A stretch of 63,591 nt of DNA, counting the filler, from Folioceros fuciformis (lineage: Eukaryota), in assembly GCA_049999805.1 (NCBI GenBank). It is 30 parts of 30 records of this genome, joined end to end, with 100 filler letters (N's around TTAATTAATTAA, not from the genome) between each part and the next. Parts side by side here need not be neighbours in the genome. Positions count along the whole stretch, not along the records: positions 1 to 3,513 come from JBNGIO010007047.1; positions 3,614 to 6,545 come from JBNGIO010007048.1; positions 6,646 to 11,252 come from JBNGIO010007049.1; positions 11,353 to 12,405 come from JBNGIO010007050.1; positions 12,506 to 13,875 come from JBNGIO010007051.1; 25 more parts are not named here. One strand, 5' to 3'. The notes beneath the pieces are model-generated. The model did no database searches. It saw only the letters and a program-made list of their open reading frames with translations, and was not told the DNA's origin. How positions within the stretch are numbered: position 1 is the stretch's first letter; each line of letters begins with the position of its first letter. Below, in pieces: positions 1 through 12,609 of the stretch. Position numbers and translations under genes: made by a program.

Positions 1-2248
1 CACCAGCTCCAGCTGCTGACGGCGTCTGGCCGATAAGAAGGCAGACACGCAAGCGCAATGCGAGAGAGGCAAGGCCTGTTGATGCTGGCCTCGCCACGCC
101 TGGGGCAGCGACAACGCAGCGGCTCTGAATGCCGCCATGGCATTCCCCGCACCCGAGCAACGCAAAACAAATGAGGCGCAAAAGCAGCAGAAGAGAACCA
201 GCCTCCACCGTCAGAACTGGATGAGGCGCCAACGGGCGTCTGCTACAGAGCTCATCAGCGAACCGATACACGTGACAAGTAAACACGATGAATGCGAACC
301 CAGTGCTGATCGAGCAGCCCGCGCAGGATACCCACTTTATTGTAGTGAAGAGCTAAGGGTATGCTTCCAAGACGGTAAACCGTCAATGAACAAAGAGGCG
401 ATGGGCCATCAGGCCCCTCGTCAAGTCGATCGCCAGGCAGCGGTGCGATGGCCGCGAAAGCAGCATTTGCTCGCCTGGCCTGTACTGTGCCCACCAGCCC
501 AGCCCAGTCCTGGGAAAGGCAAGTTGAAGCAACATTTGAGGAAAAACTATCCATTTGTGCGTCAGCTGCACGCCCCTAGTACACACATGCCTTCACCGGT
601 TCTTGGGAGCCCCCAGGATTACCTTGCTCGTCCGAAACCATGGTGGATGTCATAAGCACAAGGCTGTTGGGTGTTCCCGACCCAACACTCGCTCCTCCAG
701 ACACATTCAAGCTGCAACTAGATCTGCAATTCGTGAAACAGATAAATTAGCGCCAGTTTCAACATCTGAGTTGGAGAAAGAATATAACGTGTGCAAGGTT
801 AAAAGCCAGAGCCCATCATAATTCAGACACGACACCAATCCTAAACAACAAAATCATCTATAAATCACTCTGTGGGACAAGCTATTGGCCCCATTGGAGG
901 CCCACTATATGCCCAATTAAGCTGTTAACAGAAGTCAAAAACATGGTCACGGTGATGTTAAGAGTACCTGCTGTTGAAGGAATGTCAGCGTGAACAGTCA
1001 AAACAGGTCATACCAATCTGCTTCACTTGGGGAGAAGTCAGATTATTACACACCACTGCAAATATCACAGAACGCCATACCTCAGGGTGACGCACCTACT
1101 ACAGGTTACACTGACAAGGGCACACTCTACCTGGCCTGCCTGCTCACGCAATAAGTCACCACAACCTCCAGTTGCATCCTTGCTGACAGCAAGACAGTGC
1201 AACAAAACTGCAACCAGTAGTCAGACTGAGTTTATCTGTGCGTCCAAGGTGAAGAACGAAAGCACGCAAACCGCACACAAACCCTTCTTCTGCACAGCCT
1301 GCCGAAATGTCTACTGATCACAGATGTCAAAGCCAACTTACAGTGGTATCCAAAAAGAAATTTTTTGTCCAGGCCGGCTTGTGAAACTAGTGGGAGGGCA
1401 GACATTTACTAAATCTAGAGCCTACCTCAACTTACTTACCACAGACTGGACTGTGACAACGAGGTTAGCAACAAGTGCGAAACCAATTATCAAGAAAGCC
1501 AACAACCAACAATCGGACAATCCTAACTCATGCAAAGAGGTCATTAACTTAGTCCATCTGCATTACACAAGAATCACAGGCTACAAGAGGCCGGAGATAT
1601 CTTCTCACCTTACTGTAGTAGAGACATACACAACTTCCACAGATTAATATCAGCAAAATCCACAAGGAAATCTTTAAGACCAACACGTATACGGGCCCAA
1701 ACTTCTCTACCTTCGTCTCATGAACCTCTTGGAGATTTAAAATCAGTGCTAGACGGTAGTATACCTGAGACCCAAAGAGAACCACAAGATAGAACACAAG
1801 CTTACACGATGCGCGGATTCAAGACACTGAAGTCAGTTTACTCATCTTTCAGCTACAAGCCTGCCCTTTGCGCAACAAAGGGAAAGTCAGCTTAGCACGT
1901 TACACAGTTATTGGAATGGATCAGCTACAATACAATGTCAGCTCTCTGGAGTCTGGAGTCAAGTTGACCTACCCAGCTACAAACTTCTGAGATCACTAAC
2001 AACTAACTAGTCAACAAGCACAAAACATTAGTCAAAATTCACTACAGCTACTAAATTAGTGAATGACTGCACCTTCTTTAGCTCGCACAAGCTCCTGCTG
2101 TATACATACTTTGCCAAAAACCTTGCCACAACCATTGTTGGAACTACAGGCGCCACCACATCCATCGATGTTCATGTAGCATGTTCAACGAACGCTTCCA
2201 TGAACGCAACAGGCGCGGATGGACATGACATCTACCCAGTTATCTTGA

Positions 2249-3482
2249 CTACCGCCGTGTCTTAGCTCGTTTCATGCCCGGATTGTTGAAAGGAGAAACT
2301 GTCCCGCTCATGTAAGCAGTGGACGTTTCCTCTCTGAGAGTGCCATTAAGAATAGCTAGCTCTCTTAGCTGTGCTTTTTTTACAAGATCAAAAGTCTCAT
2401 CCTGCAAATTCAAGCACAGAGGTTAGATTTGCAATCAGGATGGCAGAAGGTACCCCACCATCATGAGCTTTGATAAGTTGACAGTCCAATTACAGAAGAG
2501 CATGCAAGTGAAAACACGAATCTCACCACTGGCTTCAAAAGTTCTTCCAGAATCTCCCTGGCATGCACTAATTGATGATCAATTATGTTTGCAGGGAGTT
2601 CTGCTTCCACGAGCACATGGAGAGGCTCGTTTAGATGCTCAAACCCAGGCTTATCTCTCATCTTATCTTCCTGCCCAGACAACGAATATGGAATCCACAA
2701 AGCAGAGGACGTCATCAAGCTAGGTACTTCAAAGACAAAGGCTCTAACATGCCGCCAACAGCCCAGGGGGCCGCTAAATCGCAAGAAAGTTGGGAGACAG
2801 CTACTGAAGGATGACACCTGAGAACCATCATTCTCCAAACCCTGCAAAACGGCATTGAGTCCAGCATCTTACTGAAGAGAGAGATTGCCACACCTTTGCA
2901 GTATCCTTTATGGAACCCCGGCCCCGTATTAGCACACGACATCCCGTAGTAGCTTCGACTCGCTTCAAAGAATTGCCCCTGGGTCCTAAGATTCGACCTA
3001 CAAAGTTGAACTGCACAGTATACACAAACAGGCCAGACGCGAGTCAGAAGCTCGGAGCTGCACGATGGACCCATCATCTTATTCTCCGAACAGTAACACG
3101 TGTCAGATGCCTCACATTAGGATACTTGTCTACAGGAACTTCAATCCGCTCCTGTTTCTTCACTAACGGCACACCAGATCCAGCTGTAGGCCCCTGATGC
3201 CAGTTCATGGACGAGGTTTGATTCATTCCCAGCCTCTGCAGAGCACAATCCGACGAGTAAAGATTCCCATACTCCACTGGACCGCAGAGTCCAAACGCTA
3301 CTCCGAAAAGGTGACAGGTCCGTAGAACGTTACATCTGATTGGAAGGCACTGCCCCAACCATTGAGGTCTCCTGCACCTCCGTTGGACAGCATTCCACCC
3401 GACGCAAGCGGGCTCCCATGATCTAGCCCATCCGAGTCCGCATATGAGGCATTCCCAACTAAAGTGGTCACCCGCACAATTT
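2249..3482 (-). CDS. STAR/Quaking-like KH-domain RNA-binding protein (SPIN1-like), 5'-truncated; exons 3482-3334, 3235-3116, 3010-2894, 2670-2527, 2401-2249
   Basis: Spliced translation gives [47 protein letters not shown] (KH GxxG loop), [25 protein letters not shown] and terminal GMKRAKTRR*. All introns are GT-AG and keep frame. Confidence 0.93.
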
Positions 3483-3513
3483 CTGAGACAACCGTGCAGA
3501 CATGTGTCACAAG

Positions 3514-3613
3514 NNNNNNNNNNNNNNNNNNNNNNNNNNNNNNNNNNNNNNNNNNNNTTAATTAATTAANNNNNNNNNNNNNNNNNNNNNNNNNNNNNNN
3601 NNNNNNNNNNNNN
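3514..3613. other. Artificial contig linker N44-TTAATTAATTAA-N44 (first of 29; others start at 6546, 11253, 12406, 13876, 15090, 16339, 17644, 19647, 21173, 25630, 27055, 29274, 30639, 32432, 33718, 35544, 38960, 40338, 41615, 43321, 44500, 46182, 50747, 52796, 54982, 56545, 59351, 61247)
   Basis: The same 100-nt block recurs 29 times. TTAATTAATTAA gives stops in all six frames, and genes are cut abruptly at the linkers. Confidence 0.98.
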
Positions 3614-3809
3614 GTGGTATTGTCCCGCACGCAACCAGTCGTGGTGCGACGCATTCTCTCGGGCTCGAGTCTCCCACGCGACAAGAGCAAGCAGTCTGTG
3701 GCGCAGCCGGGCATGTACCGCTTGTGCTGGCGACATCAGGATTCGGGTGATTTGTGAGGCTTGGTTATCAGGAGCTCAGGTGCCGGAGGATCGCTCACCG
3801 GGCGGACCG

Positions 3810-5649
3810 ATGGCCTGCCTTGGAGTGCACAATGCGAGGCTGCGCAGTTGCGCGCTGCCCCAGCTCGCCTTTTCCAGGAGGCTGAGCTGGGAGGAGCATG
3901 CGAGCGGGGCCAGTGTCCGGGCCTGGCCGGTTCCTAGGGAGGCCGTCAGGCTGGCCCGGCACCGGCTCCCGGGCCCCAGGCAGGCGGTGGCGGATTTCGG
4001 GACAGGCGAGGTGAAGCTTGGGGAGGAGCCGTTTGTGCAGGATTTTGCTAGCGGGGTCACCATTTCTGCTTACGATTGGGAGAAAGAGTGGTACCCCATG
4101 TACCTGGAGAAGGAGATGCCCACGGACTCCCCCTTGGGGTTGACGGTGTTTGATCGCCCGTTGGTGTTGTTCTATGATGGGAATGGAGTGTTAAACTGTT
4201 TGGAGGACCGGTGCCCTCACAGGTAAGGAGTTTGTGCAATTGGGAATGGGGTGAGGCTGGGTGAGTGGAATGCATGCCTAAACTGGTTGCATGGAGGTGG
4301 ATGTATGTAGGCGATGACGTTGTTGCGCTCTTGTACCAGGGCAGCTAAGCTCTCGGAAGGGCAGGTTATAGACGGCAGGCTGGAGTGCCTCTACCACGGG
4401 TGGCAGTTTCAGGGGGATGGATCGTGTGCCAGGATTCCGCAGGTATCGTTGCTGGCACTGGCCTGGAGTTGGGAGTTGTTGGAATTGGAGCTTGCTTTTT
4501 TATTTTGTTTTCCCTTGTGTGGATGGGACGCAGTTGCTTGCCGGAGGGAAGATTCCAAGTGTTGCGTGTGCCCGGTCTTATGCGGTGCAAGTGTCGCAAG
4601 GGGTGATTTGGGTGTGGATGGCGGACAGAGGATCTGCCGATACCGGGAAGATCCCTTGGTTTGAGCACTATGCGAGGGAGGGCTTTCGGGACATCTCGAC
4701 CATCCACGAGTTGCCTTATGACTACTCTATTTTGCTGGAGAATCTCATGGATCCTGCTCACATTCCCATCTCCCATGACAGGACGGACCTGTCCGGGAAG
4801 CGAGAGAATGCGCAGCCTCTGCTGTTCGAGGTGGTGGAGCGGTCGGCACGAGGCTTTGTAGGGAAGTGGGGCGAGTCTAGGGGCGGGCAGCTGGTTAACA
4901 CCACACGGTTTGAGGCACCCTGTGTGTTGAGGAATGACAAGGAAATCACGGGGAAGGATGGGGAGAAGACATATTTCAGTGCATTGTTTCTGTGCCGACC
5001 GGCAGGGCAAGGGAAGTCCATGCTCATCGTCCGCTTTGGCAGCACACAGTTCGGCAACAGGCTCAAGTTCATTCCGTCGTGGATTTTGCATAAAACGTCC
5101 AACACGGTGTTTGAGCAGGACATGGGCTTTTTGTCGTCGCAAAATGAAACTTTGGTGCGGCTGGGTGTGGCCACCAAGGACCTCTATCTTAATCTCAAGT
5201 CGTCCGACACTTGGGTGCTCGAGCTCAGAAGATGGATGGACAAGGTTGGCCATGGCATGCCCTACTACATAGGTCACCGAACCGCAGCAGCACCACCCTC
5301 ACCCGCAGTGTTAGAGTACGCCCCAGCAGGGCTTGTAGCTGCAACTGCTTCCTCTTATCCTTCCAAGGGTTCCTTTGGACACCTCTATGCCCGAGATCCT
5401 ACCAACCGCTACTTCCGCCATGTTATTCATTGCAAGGATTGCAGGAGTACCCTGGCCGGTTTCAAAAAGTATCAGGAATGGTCGCTTTTTGCTGGAGTTA
5501 TATCGGCTTCCGTTGCCATCGTCCTAAGCAATGGAGCTTGGAGGACCTCCTTGGTCGGGATTGCTTTGCTACTCTTCACCATCTCTTGGACATTGCACAA
5601 AGGGCAAGACGTTTTCACCACCAACTTCGTACGCAAGCATCGTGTTTGA
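3810..5649 (+). CDS. TIC55: TIC55-type chloroplast Rieske/mononuclear-iron oxygenase (PAO family), 543 aa; exons 3810-4222, 4340-4442, 4534-5649
   Basis: Transit-peptide-like N-terminus, YDWEKEWYP, Rieske motifs DRCPHR and LECLYHGW, iron-binding ENLMDPAHIPISH, C-terminal CxxC (HCKDC) and two hydrophobic helices. Exons sum to 1632 nt in frame. Confidence 0.9.
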
Positions 5650-6257
5650 CAATGAGGTCTTCATCAGGTCGGATTAAATTTGGGGCTACAAATGCGTCCC
5701 GTGTAAACTTTGGACCACTGGACTCACCGTCTTTCCTGTCACAGGTGTAGGCAGTTGTTGTGCCGCTTTGGTGAGGTGAAGCTTGCCTGTACTCAACGCA
5801 CCCATCTTGGGGTGCGCTGCAAACTGCGCCATGATGTTGAAGTTTTCTCAGTAGTTGTTGGTACACACTGTTGTCAGTGGCAACGATGTGCTCCAGCAAT
5901 TTGACATGTTGCCCAATCCAATGATTTCATCCCCCGATGCCTGGCACAAGGCAGCTGACGACCTGCAAGGTAAAACAGCGCGATCTCACGACCATCTTTT
6001 GTCGGCTGCGTTGTATACAGTACTGCAGTTGTGTTCTCCAGTCATCCTCTGCTGGTGAGGGTGGAGTACGGTGTCCGGGGAAGGTAACCCCGTTCACACT
6101 CGTTGGACGGAGGTAGGAGTGCAAGTTTTTAAACCTCTCGAGTGTGCTCGGCCATCTCGGGAGGTTGGGTGTCCCGCTCCTCGCTTCTTGCTGCTTCTTG
6201 ATGACTTCATCTCTCTCCTTCTTGCGCCACAGTTTTCCCCCTCCCGCGCTTTGCTGA

Positions 6258-6545
<288 letters not shown>

Positions 6546-9500
6546 NNNNNNNNNNNNNNNNNNNNNNNNNNNNNNNNNNNNNNNNNNNNTTAATTAATTA
6601 ANNNNNNNNNNNNNNNNNNNNNNNNNNNNNNNNNNNNNNNNNNNNCCTCTCCCTCCGTCTCTCCTCTAAGCGCCGGACCAAAGGCAAAGGAAAGTCACCC
6701 AAGCGCCACAATATCTAAGCGAAGAGCAGCGAGCGAGCGAGCGAGCGCGTGCGCCACAAAAGCAGATGATCGGTAAGGGGGTAACAGGGGAATCTATCTG
6801 TGACGCTTTGTAGGATTGGGGGATTTGCGCGTGGGTGGAAGGAAGGAAGGAACGAGTATGGGTAATACTGAGAATAGTGGATTGTGCACGTTTTGAGTGG
6901 GAGATTGGGGAGGGTTTTTTTGGGTAGGGGAAAGCGCGTACGTGGTGGTTTTGGGCTAGGGGACTAGGGACAAAATATCGAATATGCATTGCGGGAAGGG
7001 AGAGAAACATGTTTTCGATGCGGGAGGTACGGACGAGGAACGAGTATGCAAGGCAGGGTGGGGACTGGGATTCGCGGCGGCGGCGGCGCTCGTCGTGCAG
7101 CTGCAGTTGCTGCTGCAGCGGACATGTGAGTCGCTTTGAGAGAATTGGGTGCGAAGGGAAACATTGTTCCGTGCTGTTTGCGTAGGATGCAGGATATGTG
7201 GGGAAACATGGTTGCAGTTGTGGGAGGATTGGTGGCGGTTTTGGGATACGAGCCGTGGTTGGCTGGTTACACAACAGAGAAAGCTGGAATAGGTAGGTTG
7301 CCCTGGCATGTTTTGGCGTCATTATCAACATGGTTTTGGAGGGATGGGTGAACTTCGGGTATCGATGCTTCTTAGGGAAGTATGTAGTGTAAATTGGTGA
7401 TCTAAGTAGATGGATTGAAGTCTGTTTCCTTTTGTACAAACCATTTAGATTGGGTGGGCATAAGGGTGTGGTGCAGCGATTTTTTGTCTCAATTGCCATG
7501 GCCATGTTGTGTCGCGCATCCAAGACCACGTGGCTGGTCTCACAACATTACGGCCATGTGCGCGTCCCAGACGGCATTCCAGAAGAGAAGCACAACATGT
7601 CGCTACCAAGACAACAAGCTGACCAGTGCGGTGCTCAGTATGGAGCAGAGATCCCGCGGCCGAGCGAGTCCTACTGTTGTACAAATTTGACTCCGATTAC
7701 GATCTCGCGTCTTCAAGGATGTTTGCTGCTGACTTGCATACTGTGTACATTTCCTAGGGACTCGGAGCGAGCAACACATTTTGGCGATTGTTGTTGTTGG
7801 GAGGTCAAGGAATGTCTGTGCCCATCGTCACTATCGTATAGGGCTGCTTACCTCAGGCGAATTGTTCATCTCGCCATGGATCCCGATTCGCTGTTTGCAT
7901 ACGCGAAGGGGTTGTTGTTGGTCATTGCCGTGCCTTACGTTGACCGACTGAATCCATGAGAAAGCCATCGTCCCCACCAACAGAGACGTGGCGCACAATG
8001 TATACGTGTGTCTTTTACGCCTCGATCCCGATGACACACCAGGCTCGCATCGAAGACCGCGAAGCGGTTATTTGCCTGTCTTGTGTCTTGTTGTTGAGAC
8101 CCGTGCTGGGCAGCCTCATGTGCAGGGTCTGAAGTGAGCAGGGCTTACGGCATCACTTGCTCGCTTGGCGTGGTTGGATCCGAAGAGCCTAATAATAGGC
8201 CCGAAGGCCCGGTTCGGACTTGGTCTGCATGAAGAAGGAGATCCTTTGGAGAGGTATGTAGTCCTTGGGTGTACTATGAGTAATCAGTATGTAAAAAGGT
8301 ATTGATTGCCAGGGTTGGCCATGGCTTTGTGCACGGTGGAGAGAGTTGCTACTTTGAGGCGCTGGCGTGGAAAGACTTCTGACTCCGGCAATTGATGTTC
8401 TCAATGGTACATTGACTCGTGTGGAGCCCGGTGGACAATTCCAGTACCTTTGAGTTTAAACTGTTGAGGAGGAATGCTTTTCGGCAGTTTTCCTGGCCGG
8501 AAGGACAGTTCCAGTACGAGTGCCTGGCGATTGATCAAGACGGTGGCTCTCGGGCATGCGCACGCAGGATGAAGTCATGTTGGTGGAGTAGTGGTCTTTG
8601 CTTGTCGTTGGAGGACAAGTATTGCGACCCAACAAGCTGGTTTGACATGATGGATACCCGACACCTCATCCGTGCTGGCTAAGCGATGGCATCTAGCGGG
8701 CATAACAGGCTGGAAAAACACAAAGAGAGATTCTCCGCAACTGCGACGCCTGGCCCACTTGCGGGAGAGTAGTGGCATCGGATCGTGATCGCCATGTTCC
8801 CGTCGTCGGCCGCAGATTGCAGACTAGCACATGTTGTAGACACAAGGATGGCGCATGAATGATGCAGAAGAGGAACCAGCCACAATGAAGATGACACAGG
8901 CGTAGAGCCGGTTAGGAAAGTGTCTTGGGGTGGTCTCGGGCGTTTTGCATGTGCGCACACGGCTTTCGGCTGGTTGGGGCGTTGGAAGCAGTTCAGCTGC
9001 GAATCGGAGGTTTGCAAGGGAGGGCTTCTAGATTTCTAGAACACACGTAGACGAAAGTCTCCCGGACCCATGCTTAGCCTGATCGGTGGAGTAGCCGAAA
9101 CCTTCTTTCTGCTTTACCCGCGCATCGCAAAGTCTTTCTCCAATACAATGCAGACGTTTACCAGCGGAGCGCGACGGTGGCAGTAGTGGCAAGAGTCGAG
9201 CCAGAAAAAGTTCTGCCTTGATGCCGGATGTCGCCTGCACTTGCTGTTGCTGGTGACTTTGAGGGTCCCTGGCCAGGAGTGCAGGAACGCCTACCGCGTC
9301 CTCCGCACCGACGACGTCTCCCTTGCGCACGTAACGATGCGCCAGAAACTGTAACGGCTGCAAGATTCCGGGCGGCGAAACACAGGTACATCATTCAGTC
9401 TATGGAAAGCAGGCCGTGGACTAAAAAGAAAAAAAAAAAGGAGTGAAGGGCGACGCTAGTGCTAGACGAGCACCAATCGTCGTGTGGCTGCTGCGAGGCT

Positions 9501-11366
9501 GGCGCAGAGTGCCCCTGACTTGTGGGCGCTGGCATGGGAGTGGATGATCTCATGTTTGGAATCAGGGAGATTGAGCCAGCGAGCACCGGCCGGTTGGTTT
9601 CAAATGCTGATCTTGAAGGAAATTGGATCAAATGCATGCAGCCGTTGAGAGGTTAGTCGTATGGCCGGGTGTGGTCCAGTGCAGAGCCATTGAAATGACA
9701 CAAAGGAGGCCAATTGATCTGACGATGACGATGCTTCCACCACAGGACAAGCGCGATGGTGTCGCATTCGGCAGGACCGAGGGCGCAATGCAATTGTCCC
9801 CAACTGGCTTTGGTGTCGATCGGCCCGAGTGGGTCTCTTGGAGGAAAAAGAAGAAGTCAGTCAGAAGCGACCAAATCACGGGGCGCGGAGACGGTAGCGG
9901 GACGCGGTGACATGCTGCAATGTTTCCACGTGGAGGCGCTTGGGTAGTGTGAACGGGGACGGGGGGCGCGGCTAGCAGGGACAGAGGCTGGAGAGGGCGA
10001 GGGCGAGGCAGAGGCAGCGGAAAGACATGAGGTGGTGCAGCGACGCAGAGTATATTGGGAGAGGAGTGCTAGATGGGCGGGAATGGGGACAGGATGCAGC
10101 AGTAGGAGGATTGCCTCATTGGACTGTAGCGGCGACGGTGGATGCTCGCAGACGGCGTTTCAGATGCAGATCAGACGGGAGGGCGACCTGTTCTGATGTT
10201 TTGGCCGCGTCTCGTGACAGCTGGGATGAGGCGCCCGCGCAGAGTCGGCGGAATGCATGCAAGGGTTCAGGGACCGTCTTGGAGAAGCACGGTGGGAAAG
10301 GCCCGACCCAGTGCGCGCTGACTGTGTCGTGTCGGTGTGCGAATATCATGGCAGATAGGGCAGGGTGGGCGAGAAGACAGACACGGCGAGGGGACAGAGG
10401 AGCCCCACCCTGCAGCGAGTGCATGTTGGGTGCATGTGGTGTGCATGTGGTGTTGGAGTGCATGATGGATCGCTGCTGGTGCTTGGGTATAGGGAAGTGC
10501 GTGGGTATATCGAGAGCCACTGGGCCAGCCAGCGCAGGTCGTGGACGAGGTACCTGCCACGCCAGCACAGCCGCGCTTGCCGTGCGAGCCATGAGCTGGT
10601 GAGGTGGTGAGGTGGTGGGCTGGTGCGCTCGCAGGGCCAGCAGCGGAGGCAGACGGGGATGCTGACTCCAGCGCGGTCTGTGTGGCAGCAAATCTGAGGC
10701 AGCGGCCGGGCTGGGGGGCGCTCGAGCAACAGCGCCGGCAGGACTTGACAGACGAGGATTGCGGTGCAAACGTGGCATCCCTGCTCCAGCGCTAGTTTGG
10801 CAGTAGGCGTCGCTCGCTGCATGGCGAACTGCACCAAACCCAGAACTAGCCGGCCGACGAAGCTGCTTCAAAACTCCTGGGCCTCCTTTCAAGCGCATGC
10901 CTTTGCTGTGCACGACCACGTCCGGCCACTACTAATTCCTACTGCTGCTGCTACTACTACGCTGTGTGGAGCGTCCCACTACAACTACTGCCCAGAGCCT
11001 GCTGTGCTGTTGTCTGCCTGCACACACACACTCGCCCACCCAAACCCACTGCCACACACCCACGCCCATACCCTCGCTGTTCTCCCGCCGCGCCTGGCTC
11101 CCCGCGCCCGCGCCGTCGACCTCTCTCCGCGGCCAACACCACCACCACCTCCACCACCTTTACTACTACTACTACTATCACCAACACCACAACCACACCC
11201 TCGGCTCTCCCCCTCGCCGCCGCCTGTGCAGCCGCCCTGCATCACCACCATCNNNNNNNNNNNNNNNNNNNNNNNNNNNNNNNNNNNNNNNNNNNNTTAA
11301 TTAATTAANNNNNNNNNNNNNNNNNNNNNNNNNNNNNNNNNNNNNNNNNNNNCCATCAAGCAGAGC

Positions 11367-12401
11367 ATGCAGGATCTGCTGTGGACGCTGCAGTGCGGGG
11401 AGGGGGAGGAGCGGACGCGCGCAGCCTTGCAAATTCGAAAGCTCACCAAGACGTCGGCCAAGAGCAGAGCGTATCTGGCCGCTGTGGGAGTGATTGTGCC
11501 GCTTGTGGCTATGCTCAAGCCCGGGAACAGCAACGACGCCAAGGAGGCGGCTGTGCTGGCGCTGCTTAACCTTTCAGTGGGGAATGAGCGGAATAAGGTG
11601 AAGATTGTGACGGCTGGGGCTGTGGATCCGCTGGTGGACCTGCTCAGATCCAGCCATGAGACGCTGCGGGAGGCCGCGGCTGCTACTATTTTGACGCTCT
11701 CTGCCGCGCCGCCGAACAAGCCGGTGATCGGGGCGTCCGGGGCCACGGCTTTGTTGGTGGATATGTTGGATTCGTCCAGTATGCAGGCCAAGGTGGATGC
11801 GCTCATGGCGCTCTACAATCTGTCCACCAACGCTGACAACTTGACGCGCATTCTCGTGTGCAAGCCGGTAGGGCCACTCGTCACGCTGCTGCAGCAGAGT
11901 AAGAAGTCGTCCAAGGTGGCGGAGAGGTGCACTGCCTTGCTCGAGGGTTTGGCAGCGTTCGAGAAGGGGATCGACGCCATCGGGAAGGAGGAGGGTGGGA
12001 TTCTGGCCCTGGTGGAGGTGCTGGAGGACGGCTCGCTGGCCAGTCGGGAGCGGGCTGTGAGCATCCTGCTTTCCATGTGCCAAAGCAGCCGGGAGCGGTA
12101 CAGGGACGCCATTTTGGGAGAGGGAGTAATCCCGGGCTTGCTCGAGCTTACAGTGCAGGGCACGCAGACAGGGCAGCAGAAGGCGCGCACTCTGCTGCAG
12201 CTGCTGCGGGACCAAAGCCGGCAAAAGACGCAGAGACCGGACTCCGCCATGCTAGAGAGCATCGTCTTCGACATTGCCAGCAACGTGGAGTCCAGCATCG
12301 ACCTCGGCACTCAGACGGCCAGGAAGCTGCTCACGGAGATGGTCCCACAGCTCGGGGTTGAGAGCATTGAGAGTAGATTACCCACTCCCATGGCCGCTTA
12401 A
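11367..12401 (+). CDS. Armadillo-repeat protein of the plant U-box/ARM (PUB4-like) family, intronless, possibly 5'-truncated
   Basis: 344-codon ORF with ARM repeats (AVLALLNLSVGNERNKVKIVTAGAVDPLVDLL; GASGATALLV; EGVIPGLLELTVQGT..QQKARTLLQLLR). The frame is open to the contig edge and no U-box is seen in this fragment. Confidence 0.88.
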   Translation: MQDLLWTLQCGEGEERTRAALQIRKLTKTSAKSRAYLAAVGVIVPLVAMLKPGNSNDAKEAAVLALLNLSVGNERNKVKIVTAGAVDPLVDLLRSSHETLREAAAATILTLSAAPPNKPVIGASGATALLVDMLDSSSMQAKVDALMALYNLSTNADNLTRILVCKPVGPLVTLLQQSKKSSKVAERCTALLEGLAAFEKGIDAIGKEEGGILALVEVLEDGSLASRERAVSILLSMCQSSRERYRDAILGEGVIPGLLELTVQGTQTGQQKARTLLQLLRDQSRQKTQRPDSAMLESIVFDIASNVESSIDLGTQTARKLLTEMVPQLGVESIESRLPTPMAA

Positions 12402-12609
12402 GGTGNNNNNNNNNNNNNNNNNNNNNNNNNNNNNNNNNNNNNNNNNNNNTTAATTAATTAANNNNNNNNNNNNNNNNNNNNNNNNNNNNNNNNNNNNNNN
12501 NNNNNCCATTTGTCTTCTTAGGACACGCCATCCACTTGCAGCTATGCCGCAACGAATAGTCAATAAAGCGCTCCTGAAACTTGTCTCTTGTCAAGACACT
12601 TGAGTCACC

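Noticed and set aside
3558-3569. Recurrent TTAATTAATTAA as a biological motif, and any gene clusters spanning it
   Set aside because: It is always embedded in N44 flanks and is an artificial six-frame-stop linker. Neighbouring contigs are unrelated.
4443-4533. TIC55 intron 2 donor GTATCGTT as a U12 intron
   Set aside because: There is no TCCTTRAC branch site near the acceptor, and a U-rich tract typical of U2 introns is present.
11091-11111. CGCCTGGCTCCC as a miR160-like sequence (and a miR390-site-like stretch near 40228)
   Set aside because: The matches break down after about 11-12 nt and there is no supporting hairpin or second site.
6666-11252. Long ORFs in this contig (287 aa, 267 aa, 191 aa) and ORF 137-655
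   Set aside because: They are low-complexity or GC-rich shadow ORFs with no recognisable domain.
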